A stretch of DNA of 64,000 nt from Macrostomum lignano (GCA_002269645.1 NIVC01001965.1:156254-220253); one strand, 5' to 3'; counted from the first letter of the stretch, positions 42,805-55,770 are shown. Notes: a model not told the origin generated them from the letters alone. Translations and numbers: made by a program.

Positions 42805-43254
42805 ACTTTTTAATTTTGTTTAGTATACACAAAAATAACAAAACAAATCCAATGCGTCGTGAGTGCAGTTTATATTTTTTTAAAAACAGGAGCTAGGGCG
42901 TCCATTGCTGCATTAGTATTTTTTCATACTCCCTAACTTGTTGGATCATTAATTATATTTTTAGGAATAATGATCTTATATTAAAGACGGCTAGTTTGGA
43001 AATTAGGAGAACGTAGAAGCCTGTTACAGAAACATAAGTCGACACTGGTGTAAGCAGTAGACTCTGGATATAAACAGCGGTTTATTTATTAATTTGACCT
43101 TATTTAACCTATTGCCAACCGATGAAGATTCGGGATAAACAAAACGCACACAGAATTCAACTTGCCAAGTGCTTCCCTACCCGCAATAGCACATTGAAAC
43201 AGCATCATATAATAGTAATAAGTTTTCAAGTCACTCATTAGTACCGGGCTAGGC

Positions 43255-43710
43255 TCAAACATCGTCATCGGAGTCGTGCTCCTCCAGTGCGGCCTTGGCA
43301 TAGTTACTGGCCTCGGTCCATTGTTCCCCAGTAACTATCACGTGACGACCGGCCGTCTCGGCCGAGGTCAAGGACAAATCCAATTCGAAATATTTATCCT
43401 TGACCTCGTCGTGGCACGAGTAAATAATTTTAGCGGCCTCTTTCACCCCGTTGGCGGCAGACAACTCGGCTAGTTTTAGTTTCTCAATCTCTGTGCGAGC
43501 GTTCTGCTTGGCCTTGCCAATAGCGTAGCCATGGTAACTATAGTACACGCCAGACGGTTCGACTCCGTACAGCTGGGGCCGGCCGTTCTCGAAGGCGGCC
43601 AGCAGGACGCCGCAGCCGAACGGTCTAACGGCGCTGTACATGGTGTAGGCGTGCATCAGATTGCTGACCCGGCTGGCCAGCTCCGATAGCGGCATCGGCT
43701 CACCGTGCGA
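43255..43710 (-). CDS. PSMA3: Proteasome subunit alpha type-3 (alpha7), exon 2 of 2
   Basis: Acceptor TCGCAG at 43711, phase 0. YTMYSAVRPFGC...PSGVYYSYHGYAIGKAKQNARTEIEKL...HDEVKDKYFELDLS, with an acidic C-terminus. Confidence 0.95.
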   Translation of the reverse strand, partial: SHGEPMPLSELASRVSNLMHAYTMYSAVRPFGCGVLLAAFENGRPQLYGVEPSGVYYSYHGYAIGKAKQNARTEIEKLKLAELSAANGVKEAAKIIYSCHDEVKDKYFELDLSLTSAETAGRHVIVTGEQWTEASNYAKAALEEHDSDDDV

Positions 43711-43895
43711 CTGCGAATAACACATTGTTGTTTATTGGTGTGGTGTTGGTAAAATAATATCTGCTTCAACTACTTCTTAGTAGTAGTTAATAGCCTAGCA
43801 AATGATACATAGATTTTTACTTAATATTCTTACTGACTAAGACGACATTTTAAGATTTATTGGGGGTAGCAATTCCTTTGGAAATCTTAACGAGC

Positions 43896-44110
43896 CCCCG
43901 GATCTCCCAAGAATTTCCTAAGGATTCCCCGGATCTCCCGAAGATTTCCCGGATCACCTGAGGATTCTGTCAGATCTCTTGCGGATTTCCCGGGTCTCCT
44001 GAGGATTCTCCCGGATCTCCTGTGGATTCCCCGGATCTCCCTCCGGATCTCCTTCCTCCGGATCTTTTTAAAATTCCTTTTTTTCTCAAAAGATTCCCCA
44101 GCTTTCAAGA
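43896..44110. repeat. Degenerate CCGGATCTCC-type repeat in the PSMA3 intron
   Basis: Repeated ggatctcc/ggattccc motifs. Confidence 0.6.
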
Positions 44111-44268
44111 AATTTCCCCAGATTTCCTAAGTGCTAACAGACTACCCGAAGATTCCTTGTATTCCTGGAGGATTTCTAGCAGGAATATTTCCAGAGATCT
44201 CCCTTATGATTACTGGTTAATTCTAGGTATTCAGCCGGATTCTAAAGCTCCTAAATAACCCGGCTTAC

Positions 44269-44571
44269 CTGTCGATAATCGGCAGCCTCCTCGCGAGCGT
44301 GCCTAGCAACGGCCCTGGCGTCGGGCAGCAGGCCGGAGGCGGCCATGCCGATGTGCCTATCGATGTGGAACACGCGCCGATTGCAATTAGTCTCGTACAG
44401 CTTCGACGTGACAATATTTTCAACGGCTAATACGACACCATCCCGACAGCAGATGCCGACAGCGGTGCCGCTGGATTCAACAGCCTTGTGCGCGTACTCG
44501 ACCTGGAATAGCTTGCCCTCGGGGCTGTACTCTGATACGTCCAAATCGTAACCTGTTCCGATGCTGCTCAT
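44269..44571 (-). CDS. PSMA3: Proteasome subunit alpha type-3 (alpha7), exon 1 of 2
   Basis: [36 protein letters not shown] is the diagnostic PSMA3 N-terminus. Donor CAG|GTAAGC, phase 0. Confidence 0.95.
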
Positions 44572-44660
44572 TGTTGGATGTGGGCGCGCCGCATCAAAGG
44601 GAAAAGTAGTAGTATGTCAAATAGTAGTATGTATCTACCATAGCTTACAGAGGCTTACAC

Positions 44661-45303
44661 TATATTGAGGCTTCCACTATGGATATTGAGGCTTCCACTA
44701 TGGATATTGAGGCTTCCACTATGGATATTGAGGCTTCCACTATGGATATTGAGGCTTCCACTATGGATATTGAGGCTTCCACTATGGATATTGAGGCTTC
44801 CACTATGGATATTGAGGCTTCCACTATGGATATTGAGGCTTCCACTTTGGATATTGAGGGTTCCACTATGGATATTGAGGCTTCCACTATGGATATTGAG
44901 GCTTCCACTATGGATATTGAGGCTTCCACTATGGATATTGAGGCTTCCACTATGGATATTGAGGCTTCCACTATGGATATTGAGGCTTCCACTATGGATA
45001 TTGAGGCTTCCACTATGGATATTGAGGCTTCCACTATGGATATTGAGGCTTCCACTATGGATATTGAGGCTTCCACTATGGATATTGAGGCTTCCACTAT
45101 GGATATTGAGGCTTCCACTATGGATATTGAGGCTTCCACTATGGATATTGAGGCTTCCACTATGGATATTGAGGTTTCCACTATGGATATTCAGGTTTCC
45201 ATTATGGATATTGACGTTTCCACTATGGATATTGACGTTTCCACTATGGATATTGAGGTTTCCACTACGGATATTGAGGCTTCCACTATGGATAGAGGCT
45301 TCC
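44661..45303. repeat. 21-bp minisatellite (GGATATTGAGGCTTCCACTAT)n, about 30 copies
   Basis: Direct. Gives periodic ORFs in several frames. Confidence 0.96.
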
Positions 45304-45487
45304 ATTTTAGAGGCCATCACACGAAACCAAAAATAAATAATGAAAAAGAATGCAAATTAGAGTAGGATAAATAGTGATCATAGCTTATGTATGCATTTGT
45401 TTAAAACATAAGCTTATTAGGGACATAACAAACCCTCGCGGTTCATTATTATATAGATATTTTTGCAGACCACCAAATAGTTGGATA

Positions 45488-45490
45488 GAG

Positions 45491-45550
<60 letters not shown>
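45488..45550. repeat. (GA)n microsatellite
   Basis: Direct. Confidence 0.95.
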
Positions 45551-45555
<5 letters not shown>

Positions 45556-45944
45556 GGTGAACGCATACGTGTGAAAGCAAGAGACAAAACTTTCTGACAA
45601 AGGGGGAGATAGATATACACTGTATACTCATAAAGAATAAAAAATATCGAGACCCAAATTCCCTAACGCATATATATAGTTACATATTCGTACTGTTAAA
45701 GCCAATTAAAACTCCTACTGCGCAATTCACCTTGCCGAGCAGACAGGTCTGACATGCCAACAAAGATGCATTTATAAGCCTAGGATTCGGAGAGGGCGAA
45801 GGGCACATGCTGTATAAGACGAACGCAAAAGCAAAACAGAAAGAGTGGGACACAAAGTATTCTATTAAACTGTCTAATTGGAGAGGGAGTGCGAAAACGT
45901 GCAGCCTATTACAGCAGCATAGTTTGCATGGATACATTGGCTCG

Positions 45945-46635
45945 CCAAATGGATTCCCCCGTCAATACAGTGGCTTCCCATATGGATTCCCACGTGGATA
46001 TAGTGACTTCCCATATGGATTCCCACGTGAATACAGTGGCTTCCCATATGGATTCCCACGTGGATATAGTGACTTCCCATATGGATTCCCACGTGGATAC
46101 AGTGGCTTCCCATATGGATTCCCACGTGGATATAGTGGCTTCCCATATGGATAAAGTGGCTTTCAATATGGATTCCCACATGGATACAGTGGCTTCCCAT
46201 ATGGATATAGTGGCTTCCCATATGGATTCCCACGTGGATATAGTGGCTTCCCATATGGATTTCCACGTGGATATAGTGGCTTCCCATATGGATTCCCACG
46301 TGGATATAGTGGCTTCCCATATGGATTCCCACGTGGATATAGTGGCTTCCCATATGGATTTCCACGTGGATATAGTGGCTTCCCATATGGATTTCCACGT
46401 GGATATAGTGGCTTCCCATATGGATTTCCACGTGGATATAGTGGCTTCCCATATGGATTTCCACGTGGATATAGTGGCTTCCCATATGGATTTCCACGTG
46501 GATATAGTGGCTTCCCATATGGATACGGTGGCTTCACATGTGGATTCCCACGTGGATATAGTGGCTTCCCATATGGATTTCCACGTGGATATAGTGGCTT
46601 CCCATATGGATACGGTGGCTTCACATGTGGATACA
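45945..46635. repeat. 33-bp minisatellite (GGATATAGTGGCTTCCCATATGGATTYCCACGT)n
   Basis: Direct periodicity with occasional 21-bp sub-units. Confidence 0.94.
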
Positions 46636-47130
46636 GTAGTATTTTCGTTGGACACACAAGGACTCTCCCTGCTACAGAGGTCTTTTTCATAGATAACTTC
46701 TATAAGCCTACTATTAGTATTATAGCAAAATTCGAAAATTTGATATCCACAGCAAATTTTTGTTGCCAGGTAGATAAAGTACGTAGACGCGCAATTGTGT
46801 TCGAGCTACGAGTGCAAATTGGCAGGCAATGACAAAACTAAAATTCAAATTAACATAATTGAGAAAAAACTAAAATTGTACCAATTTGTTAGAACTGAGC
46901 TCTGTAAAGTCTTCCAGAAGCAGAAGTCGAAACAGACTTGCCTCAGTATTTGTAAGGCATAAAAACAAAAAAAACAAACGATATCATTTCGGGGTGGAAT
47001 GGGTTTGAGTTTTCCATTTAAAAAGACAGATAGAAATCTACTATTGACTTGATTTGAAAATTAAACAATAGTAGTCAAATATATAATAGTGAATACACAG
47101 AGCAACATGTTAAAGTTTTCAACCAGAAGC

Positions 47131-47575
47131 CACAGATACTAAAATAACTAGATGGGCCACTACTCAGACATAGTAAATCAGCTGTCTACTTTCAGTTCAG
47201 TAGCAAAGAAGAATACATAAGCTATTTTATAAAAATAAAGCCAGCTAAAACGACTTTGATAATTTTAGAAGCCCAAAGCTTGCAGGCGTAAACAGTTTGC
47301 TAATTGGTTCAGCAATAATGTACATTAGCCAGTCCACTGAAATGTACATGGCAGCTTTAGGCTGGAATTCCGAGAAAGGCAATAAAAATTGGGGCGGGGT
47401 GAGGGGGGTAGTGTGGAAAGGCGAGGTTGGAGGGTTTAAGCTGGGGGTAAGAGCCAATAAATGAGCCTTGGCTTTAAGAATACATTAAAATGCTTCTGTT
47501 TAACTTACTACTGAACTGAAAGTAGCTTGCACGCAAATGTGCTGACTGGCCCATCTAGTTGTTTTAGTATCTATG
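47131..47575. mobile_element. MITE family A copy 3
   Basis: Same orientation as and high similarity to 1568-1987. Ends CTATG instead of CTGTG. Confidence 0.85.
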
Positions 47576-48340
47576 CCAGAAACCAGCGGCCAACTTGTCT
47601 CAGATATCAACCCAAAGTCACAGTTGGATTAAACCTGTCAATCTCAGTTCCTCATGAACTTTGACACGTTACTGAGTGTATACTATCGTCTGGAATACTA
47701 CGAGTATAGATAATCTTTAAATAAAAATAAAGCAAACGATAACGAGCCATCCGACGACAGATATAATAATAGATAATGTACAAGTAAATCGACATTAATT
47801 ATTAACATTTCCAATTTATGATTACATCACCTATGGTAGTGTCATAGGGAAATACTAACTAAAGAAACTTATATAAACTTATAGCATAGTCTAGTATTAA
47901 ACTAACTAAAGTGAAAAGGTGTATTAACACAAAGCAAGATATTAGTTCACTGCAACTGTGGTACTGACTGCCTTTTTAAATAAAAAAGCACAAAGTAAAC
48001 AAACAACCAGATCGCCATACTACTCACAAATAAAAAACGTAAGCAAAAAACACAGAAGGCAATAGATTAGAGACAGAAATTTCTTTCAATTTTGCCAGAA
48101 ACAGAAGCAAAAAACAGACAACGAAAATTAGCAGCAAGTTACAATAGAAAAAAATTTAACAATCTACCTCACACAAAAGTTTTCTGTTGTTTTTTTAACA
48201 ATATAGTTTGATAAACAAAAGGTCAATGATTCACCAATAACAACTTCTAAATAAATATAGTTGAGTCACATTCAGGCAAATATTGTTCGTCACATATTAG
48301 ACAGGGGGGATCAGGTCCTGCGTCTTCCTAGTCTACTGTT

Positions 48341-48490
48341 TCAGTCGATCTTGATCGCGCCGTAGATTCGACGGACAAACCAATAGGAGGCGTAGAAGCC
48401 GACTGTGCCGGTGAAGATCCAGAACACAATCACCATCAGCATGGAGTAGCCGAAGTAGAGGATCACGGATACAAAGTCTGTGAGGCTCAG
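48341..48490 (-). CDS. TM9SF4: Transmembrane 9 superfamily member (TM9SF4-like), exon 4 of 4
   Basis: Acceptor TTTCAG at 48491. LSLTDFVSVILYFGYSMLMVIVFWIFTGTVGFYASYWFVRRIYGAIKID*, with the KxD/E C-terminal motif. Confidence 0.88.
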   Translation of the reverse strand: MSLTDFVSVILYFGYSMLMVIVFWIFTGTVGFYASYWFVRRIYGAIKID

Positions 48491-48539
48491 CTGAAAGGTG
48501 TTAGGTAAGGAAAATGAACCAATGAGTGCTTGTTCAGAC

Positions 48540-49000
48540 TGAGGATCTAGGAAGGATGCCCAGCAATTGAGGATCCGGGATGGTGCCCAGCAACTGAGGA
48601 TCCGGGATGGTGCCCAGCAACTGAGGATCTAAGAGGCTGGCCCAGCAACTGACACTCTGGGAGGCTGGCCCAGCAACTGACACTGGGAGGGGCCCAATAA
48701 CATAGGATCTGGATCTGGGAGGCTGGCCCAGCAACTGAGGATCTGGGAGGCTGGCCCAGCAACTGATCTAGGAGGCTGGCCCAGCAACTGACACTCTGGG
48801 AGGCTGGCCCAGCAACTGACACTGGGAGGGGCCCAATAACATAGGATCTGGATCTGGGAGGCTGGCCCAGCAACTGAGGATCTGGGAGGCTGGCCCAGCA
48901 ACTGATCTGGGAGGCTGGCTCAGCAACTGAGGATCTGGGAGGCTGGCCCAGCAACTGAGGGTTTGGGAGGCTCAGGGAGGTTTGGGAGACTCAGGAGGAT
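48540..49000. repeat. Complex minisatellite (core GGAGGCTGGCCCAGCAACTGA) with an internal duplicated block, TM9SF4 intron 3
   Basis: Direct. Confidence 0.85.
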
Positions 49001-49163
49001 CAGGAAGGGCAGGGGTATCCCAGTTTAAACATCTGGGAGGGTAGCATGTAGCAGTGTAAACTGAAAAGGATAATGTAGAAGGGTGTATTGCCATTATTCT
49101 TTACTGTTACTTTTATTATTCTTAAGCAAGTATTTCAACCCCAGCCGCGAAACGCCATCTCAC

Positions 49164-49253
49164 CTTGGTTACAAAATAGAAGATAGAATAGACCAGAACG
49201 TAGAAGGCGCAGCCGCCCGAGATGATAAACGAGCGCCACCACCAATGATAATC
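49164..49253 (-). CDS. TM9SF4: TM9SF4-like, exon 3 of 4
   Basis: Acceptor TTGCAG at 49254. [30 protein letters not shown]. Donor AAG|GTGAGA. Confidence 0.9.
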
Positions 49254-49347
49254 CTGCAATTAAAGAAACAATACATATAGTTGATGAAGTTATTCGCATT
49301 CGCTAGTTTACATAGACTGTTGATAAGAACAAGTGGGGTTTACAAAC

Positions 49348-50871
49348 CTCTGAGCATAGCTGAAAATAGGTCATGACAACGGAGATCTGCGCGCAGCTAA
49401 TAATGAGGATAATGAATACGGCCAGCAGGAAACCAAATAGATAATAGAACTGCTTCTCCCAGATAGCGGTCAGGATGAAGAACAGTTCAATAAACACGGC
49501 GCCAAACGGTAGAATCCCGGTGATTAGGATGGAGATAAGCACGTTGCTGTACCATTTCTGATCTGGCACAGCGCGCGGGATCTGATTGGTTCGAACCGGG
49601 TGCTCGTACGGCTGCTTGCGGAAGCCGAAGAACGAGCCGGCCATGACCAGCGGGACGGACACGCACAGCCACAGGGCCAGCAGAGCTACCATGGTGCCAA
49701 ATGGCACAGCTCCAGACGAGGCCTTGGCCCATACAAAGAAGTTAATAAAGAATCCGGTGCCAAGCACAATAGCCGGCAGTAGCAGGCCAGTTAGCAGGGC
49801 GGCAGATTTCCACTGTACACCTTTCATTGTCTTGTACATCCTGGCCGAGAAATAGCCGGACACCAGGCCGGAGAACACGTAGAAGAATGTGGCCGCGGTC
49901 ATCAGGCTGCCCCGGCTAGCCGGGCTCAGCATGCCCAGCGCGGCCAGGCAGATGGTGGACAGAAACATCATGAACAGCTGGACGCCGGAGCCCAGCAGGG
50001 CGATCAACAGGCGGGCCCGTCTGGGCGGGCGGAACACGTCGCCGTGGACAAGCTTCCAGCCGGTCTCTTCTAGCGTCTCCTCCAAGTCGTCGTCTCGATT
50101 GTACTTGGCAATGTCACGGCGAAGGGTGCGCACCATGATCATGGTGACAACGCCGGCTAGGAAGAAGATAATAACAATCGAATTGATGATGGAGAACCAG
50201 TGAATCTGGAAGTCTTGCATAGTCAGGTAGATATCCCAACGGCTGGACCAGGGCACCTTAGACGGGCGCCAGACAACTTCGTAGGTGTACACGACCTTAT
50301 CCAGAGTGTTAGTGACCTGCTGAGGCTCCAACCGGCTGCCGGCCTCCTCCTTGAAGACGCACCGATCGACGCCGGAACTGCGATCGAAGCTAACTTGGCT
50401 GGCTTTGATTGAAGACGGCTCAACTTCGAAGCCAACAATTCGATACATCTGATGCTCGTCCAGATTGTAACTGACAATAAACTTGAGGTGATTGTGCACA
50501 AACAGCTGGGCCTTGTCCTTCAGCTCGTAGCCGAGTCTGTAGCCAAGTTCGTATTGAGTCTCCCCTGTGCCCAGCATCTTGAACTTGGTGGCCACTGGCA
50601 GATTGTCGGCCATCAAGTGCACAGTGTACTTATTGTGGATCCGGTCAGTGAGCATAGTGGCCTGTTCAGGTTGCAGCGACACCTCGCATAATTTGCGACA
50701 TTTTTCATCCCTGCCAGCCTTCAATACGTAGGGCGTGTTCACTATGCGGTCGCCTTTGAGAATTTCGCCAAGATTTTCAGCTTTGTACTCGAAGCCCTTT
50801 TCCGGAGTGCAGAACGGCATCGAGTAGTATTCGTAGGGCAGCTGGGTCTTCACGCTAGTCAGCTTCACCGC
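49348..50871 (-). CDS. TM9SF4: TM9SF4-like, exon 2 of 4
   Basis: Acceptor TTGCAG at 50872. AVKLTSVKTQLPYEYYSMPFC...IHWFSIINS...ETGWKLVHGDVFRPP...PVRTNQIPR...GILPFGAVFIELFFIL. Donor GAG|GTTTGT. Confidence 0.92.
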
Positions 50872-51034
50872 CTGCAATGCGAGAGGGTGGGATACTTCTA
50901 TGTAGTTTGTTTGCAATGCACTTTAGCGTGCTTAGGATTAGTAGCAGTTAAGGACTGGGGTTTAGTAGGTCACTGAAGCACATGGAGTTGGTAGCAAAAA
51001 CTGATTGATTTAGTAATAATATTTTAGTGCTTAC

Positions 51035-51145
51035 CTTAACTTCAACATGATCATCTTTGGAAAATTCCACAGGGGCTATTCCAGGAATGTAAAATGCCTG
51101 GGTAGCACCTAGGAAAGCAATCAGCAATAGGACTGGAGCTTGCAT
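51035..51145 (-). CDS. TM9SF4: TM9SF4-like, exon 1 of 4 (signal peptide)
   Basis: MQAPVLLLIAFLGATQAFYIPGIAPVEFSKDDHVEVK carries the AFYxPGxAP family motif. Donor AAG|GTAAGC. Confidence 0.9.
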
Positions 51146-51976
51146 TGCAGCAATTGTTGCTTAACTTTTACTGAAATAACAATATGATGCAAACTTTAAT
51201 TAGTGTGACAAAAACCTAACCTGCATTCACAATTGAATATATATAATAGGATAAATCTTAATCTTGCCTTAAAATTTCTATATTTTTATTTTAGGCAAAT
51301 ATTCAATCCTAAAAAGAGGACAATATGTCTTTACATAAAATATCTATAAACAAGATATGAGTAATTTGGGAATTGTGAATTAAACCTGAAATCTTTTAGC
51401 TATGAGTTTAACACTCTTACCACTAGGCTAAAACCCCCAAACAACTTTATCCTGTCATTTTATTTGTTTATTTCCATCTTTAGACTGCTTAGTGCACTAG
51501 CCTTTAGGAATTGTTAGAAAATATGAAACTGTTCATACTGATAGTTAATCAGTGTCATTAACTGTTTTATGGAAATTTGATATTTTTGTTTTTGACCTGC
51601 AGAGGTTTTTGACCCACATTCATGGTCCCAATGCCAAGGTCAGGTTTTGTGAATTTCAAGGCATTTTTGACTAAGACTCCAAAGTAAAAAACTTGCATAT
51701 CTCTGCCCTTCTATAGAGTGAATATTAGGATCCATGACTAGAACAAATCTTGCAGCTGCTGTCTTGAAACTCTGTGCTTGGTTAGCTCTATTTGTGGTTT
51801 TCTTCTAAGTAAGCATAGAAGCACTATATGCTGTGTATTTCTATAGCCAAGGGTATATGAACAAATACATCTGCTTACAGCAGGAAGCACTTATAAAAAA
51901 TCAGACTTTCTTGGCATGAAAGCTAAAATAAGCTGCTACCTTTTAAGGCATATGACTTTTTAAACATATTAATACT

Positions 51977-52502
51977 CATACATGCGCAACCTCTGAAATT
52001 ATGCTGGCCATGCGACTTAGTTTTGACCAAAAATGCGACTTCATTTTGCAACTTACCTGATCCTTTTTGTGACTTAGCTGCTCTTTTTGCGACTTACCTG
52101 ATCCTTTTTGTGACTTACCTGATCCTTTTTGCAACTTAGCTGCTCTTTTTGCAACTTACCTAATCCTTTTTGCGACTTAGTTGCTCTTTTTGCAACTTAC
52201 CTGATCCTTTTTGTAACTTACCTGATCCTTTTTGCAACTTAGCTGCTCTTGTTGTGACTTACCTGATCTTTTTTGTGACTTACCTGATTATTTTTACAAC
52301 TTAGTTTGCTTCTTTTGCGACTTGTTTTTCTTTTGCTTCACCATTTTCCCTGAACTGCTCTTTCTTTTACTTTCCTTTTGCCTTTCTTTCTTGGTTCTTG
52401 TGTTTTTCTGTTTTGGTCAACTCAATTTTGCGACTTACCCCTGGTCAGCCACAATTTATGGTGGCCAGATTGGCCAGGTTGGCCAGCAGTTGCCCATGTA
52501 TG
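51977..52502. mobile_element. Non-autonomous hAT element (TIR CATACATGCGCAAC) with an internal 21-bp tandem array
   Basis: 8-bp TSD TTAATACT at 51969-51976 and 52503-52510. The TIR has 1 mismatch. Confidence 0.85.
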
Positions 52503-53004
52503 TTAATACTTGTAGAAGCAAGCAAAGGTGATACTACTTCTGGGATACCACTTGTAATATATGCCTATGCATAGCATTTATATATTTTAATATGCTTAAG
52601 AAGTACTAAAAAAGACAGGCCCTAGAAATACCTTAGTACTGATTATGATAATGTTACTAGACCTTTTAAGTCAAGGCAAGGTATCTATAAACAATTATTA
52701 GTTTATAGTTTATTAATAAAATTAGAATAAAACAAACTAAACTATAAATATATATGCTTAAGCTATGAAGTTAATTCTAAGAAACAATCATTATGCTTTT
52801 TATTTTTTAATTGTTTTTAAAAACAAAAATAAAATTCTAATTGATTTAAATTAAAAAAGTAAAAAAATTTAAGTGTTATTTAAGTTATAGACTCTATACT
52901 TATATATAAATTGTAATAGCAAAATTAAGTAAATAATTGAAAAATTACAAATATTTTGTTATCAATTAATAATCAAAAAAACCATACATATAGCTTTTGA
53001 AATT

Positions 53005-53177
53005 CAGGCGCAAATCCGAAAAATTCTTGAGGGAGGCAAGCTTTACTAAGCACTATAACCCAATATTGTAAAATAGCTAGTATAGTTGCAGGCCAAAAAG
53101 TATAGCCAAAACTTTCTTGGTCACTGCTAAGGAAGGGGGAGCATAGCTTGTTTGGCCTACCTCTAGATCTGCCCCTG
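53005..53177. mobile_element. Small degenerate MITE (CAGGGGCRGATC-type termini)
   Basis: caggcgcaaatcc ... gatctgcccctg imperfect inverted ends. Confidence 0.45.
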
Positions 53178-53769
53178 TTGAAATTTTATTATTTTTCATA
53201 TTGCAATTAAAATTTTATTTTTATATAAAATATAGACTATATATTTAACAAAAATAAAGCTGCTAAAAACTATGATAGTTAATAGCTTTGATTTTAAATA
53301 TATATTGCAATAATCAAAAGTAACTATTGTTTGCATCCTATATCCCTATACTAAAAAATTTAATCTAAAAATTATAATCTATAATAATTATAATAATAAT
53401 AATAACTATAATAATTTAGAATAAAATAAAATAATTAGGCCCTATTATTTATTAAAAAATAGCAAAATTAAATAATAATATTAATAAAGATAAGGTTTTG
53501 CCTTTTTAGCTATTGAAATATTAGGCAAGCTGCATTTGTTAAGTATTATAAAGGCCTAGTATTATTAATTATAATTTAGGTTATTACAATACTTATTATT
53601 CTTTTAAAATTTTACCATTTGCTTATAAAACTTAACCTAGATAGGCCTAACTATGTTTTTGCCAAAAACAAAGTGCAAAATTGCACCCTGTGCCTCATTT
53701 AAAGCCTGTGCAATTTTAGGGCTTAAAGTGCAATTTCTCTTACTTTAGAAAACTGAGAATATAGACATA

Positions 53770-55400
53770 TCCTCCTATATACTAAAAATGAAATGTCTGT
53801 ATGTATGTGTGAGATAGATTTTAGAAAAAACGGCTCAACCGATTTTCTTCAAACTTGCACCATTCGATCAGAAATTTTCCTGGGACGGTACATGCATCTT
53901 GGCTAAGAAATTGCTCAATTTTTAAAGGGATTAAATATTCGAAAAACATGCTTTTTTGCAAAGGTCAAGCAGCTCTTTCGACCTGGAATGCATTATAAGA
54001 ATGCTAGAGAAAAAACTGACTGGCTGAATTCCAATTGTGATAAAGATTGCATCACAACAAGTTGAAAACAGTGCCAAAGAAATGCACACACGACTTGATT
54101 TAAATTGCGTAACCAATACTGCTAAATTAAACTGAGACTGATACTGGCTGACTGAGAAATTGATTATGTCATAACTTTTTACTCCAATTGACTTGCTGTA
54201 AGTATTGAATTATAAGGGCCACAATTCATGTTCTCAAATTAAAAACAGATAGCCTAGATGCGAGCAGACTGTCTGCTAATGTGGCGACCTGGGTTTGAAT
54301 CTTAGTAGTGCAAAATTTTTTTATTAAAACACCTTAAAAACACAAAATGCTAAACATAAAAGAAGCGCAATGTCAAACATAGAAGAGCCACCATGTCGAA
54401 CATTAAAGAGCCACCATGCCAAACATTAAAGAGCCACCATGCCAAACATTAAAGAGCCACCATGTCAAACATTCAAGAGCCACCATGTCAAACATAAAAG
54501 AGCCACCATGTCAAACATTTAAGAGCCACCATGCCAAACATAAAGAGCCACCATGTCAAACATTAAAGAGCCACCATGTCAAACATAAAAGAGTCACCAT
54601 GTCAAACATTAGAGCCACCATGCCAAACATTAAGGAGCCACCATGTCAAACATAAAAGAGCCACCATGTCAAACATAGAAGGACCACCATGTCAAACATA
54701 TAAGTGACTCCATGTCAAACATATATACGTGACTCCATGGCCAAAAATTTAAGAGCCATCACTTCAAACATAAAATAGCCACCATGTCAAGCATAAATGA
54801 CTCCATGTCCAACATTAAAGAGCCACCATGTGGAACATTAAGGAGCCACCATGTCAGACATTAAAGAGCCACCATATCGAACATAGAAGAACCACCATGT
54901 GGAACATTAAAGAGCCACCATTTCAAACATTAAAGAGCCTACATATCAAACATTAAAGAGCCACCATGTCAAACATAAAAGAACCACCATGTAAAGCATA
55001 TATGTGACTCCATGTCTAACATTAAAGAGCCACCATGTAGAACATTAAAGAGCCACCATGTCAAACATATAAGAGACTTTATTTCAAACATAAAAGAGCC
55101 ACCATGTCGAACATAAAACCACCATGTCGAACATAAAAGAGCCACCATGTCTAATATAAAAGAGCCACCATGTCGAACATAAAGGAGCCACTATGTCGAA
55201 CATAAAAGAGCCACCATGTTGAAAATTAAAGAGCCAACCTGTAAAACATTTAAAAGATTCACCATGTCAAACATATAAGTCACTTCATTTCAAACATAAA
55301 AGAGCCACCATGTCAAACATAAAAGATACACAATTTCAAATGTAAAAGTGAGCGAATTTTAAAGGAGCCACTATAATGCTAAGGAAATTGTCGCACTAGC
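53770..55400 (+). mobile_element. Helitron-like non-autonomous element (extent uncertain) containing a degenerate tRNA-like box and a tandem array
   Basis: 5' A|TCCTCCTATATACTAAAAATGAAATGTCTGTATGTATG...AAAACGGCTCAACCGATTTTCTTCAAACTT resembles invertebrate Helitron-N 5' ends. The 3' CTAG end at about 55396 is weak. Confidence 0.45.
54385..55320. repeat. 22-23-bp degenerate minisatellite (AAAGAGCCACCATGTCAAACAT)n
   Basis: About 40 variant copies. Confidence 0.92.
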
Positions 55401-55419
55401 TACCTATTGTCTGGTAGAT

Positions 55420-55770
55420 GCTTGCTATTTGGGGATGCTTGCTATCTGGGGATGCTTGCTATTTGGGTAATGCTTGCTATCTGGGGGATGCCTGCTATTT
55501 GGGGATGCTTGCTATTTGGGTAATGCTTGCTATCTAGGGGATGCTTGCTATCTGGGGATGCTTGCTATTTGGGTGATGCTTGCTATCTGGGGATGCTTGC
55601 TATCCGGGGGATGCTTGCTATTTGGGTAATGCTTGCTATCTGGGGGATGCTTGCTATTTGGGGATGCTTGCTATTTGGGTGATGCTTGCTATCTGGGGAT
55701 GCTTGCTATCCGGGGGATGCTTGCAATCTGGGGGATGCTTGCTATCTGGGTGATGCTTGCTGTCTTGGGA
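55420..55770. repeat. 17-20-bp minisatellite (GGGGATGCTTGCTATYT)n
   Basis: Direct. Confidence 0.9.

Noticed and set aside
44655-46692. Multiple 170-270-aa periodic ORFs on both strands
   Set aside because: Translations of the 21-bp and 33-bp satellites.
53008-53049. Short exon AQIRKILEGGKLY*
   Set aside because: It falls inside the left end of a small MITE, which explains the retained CpGs.
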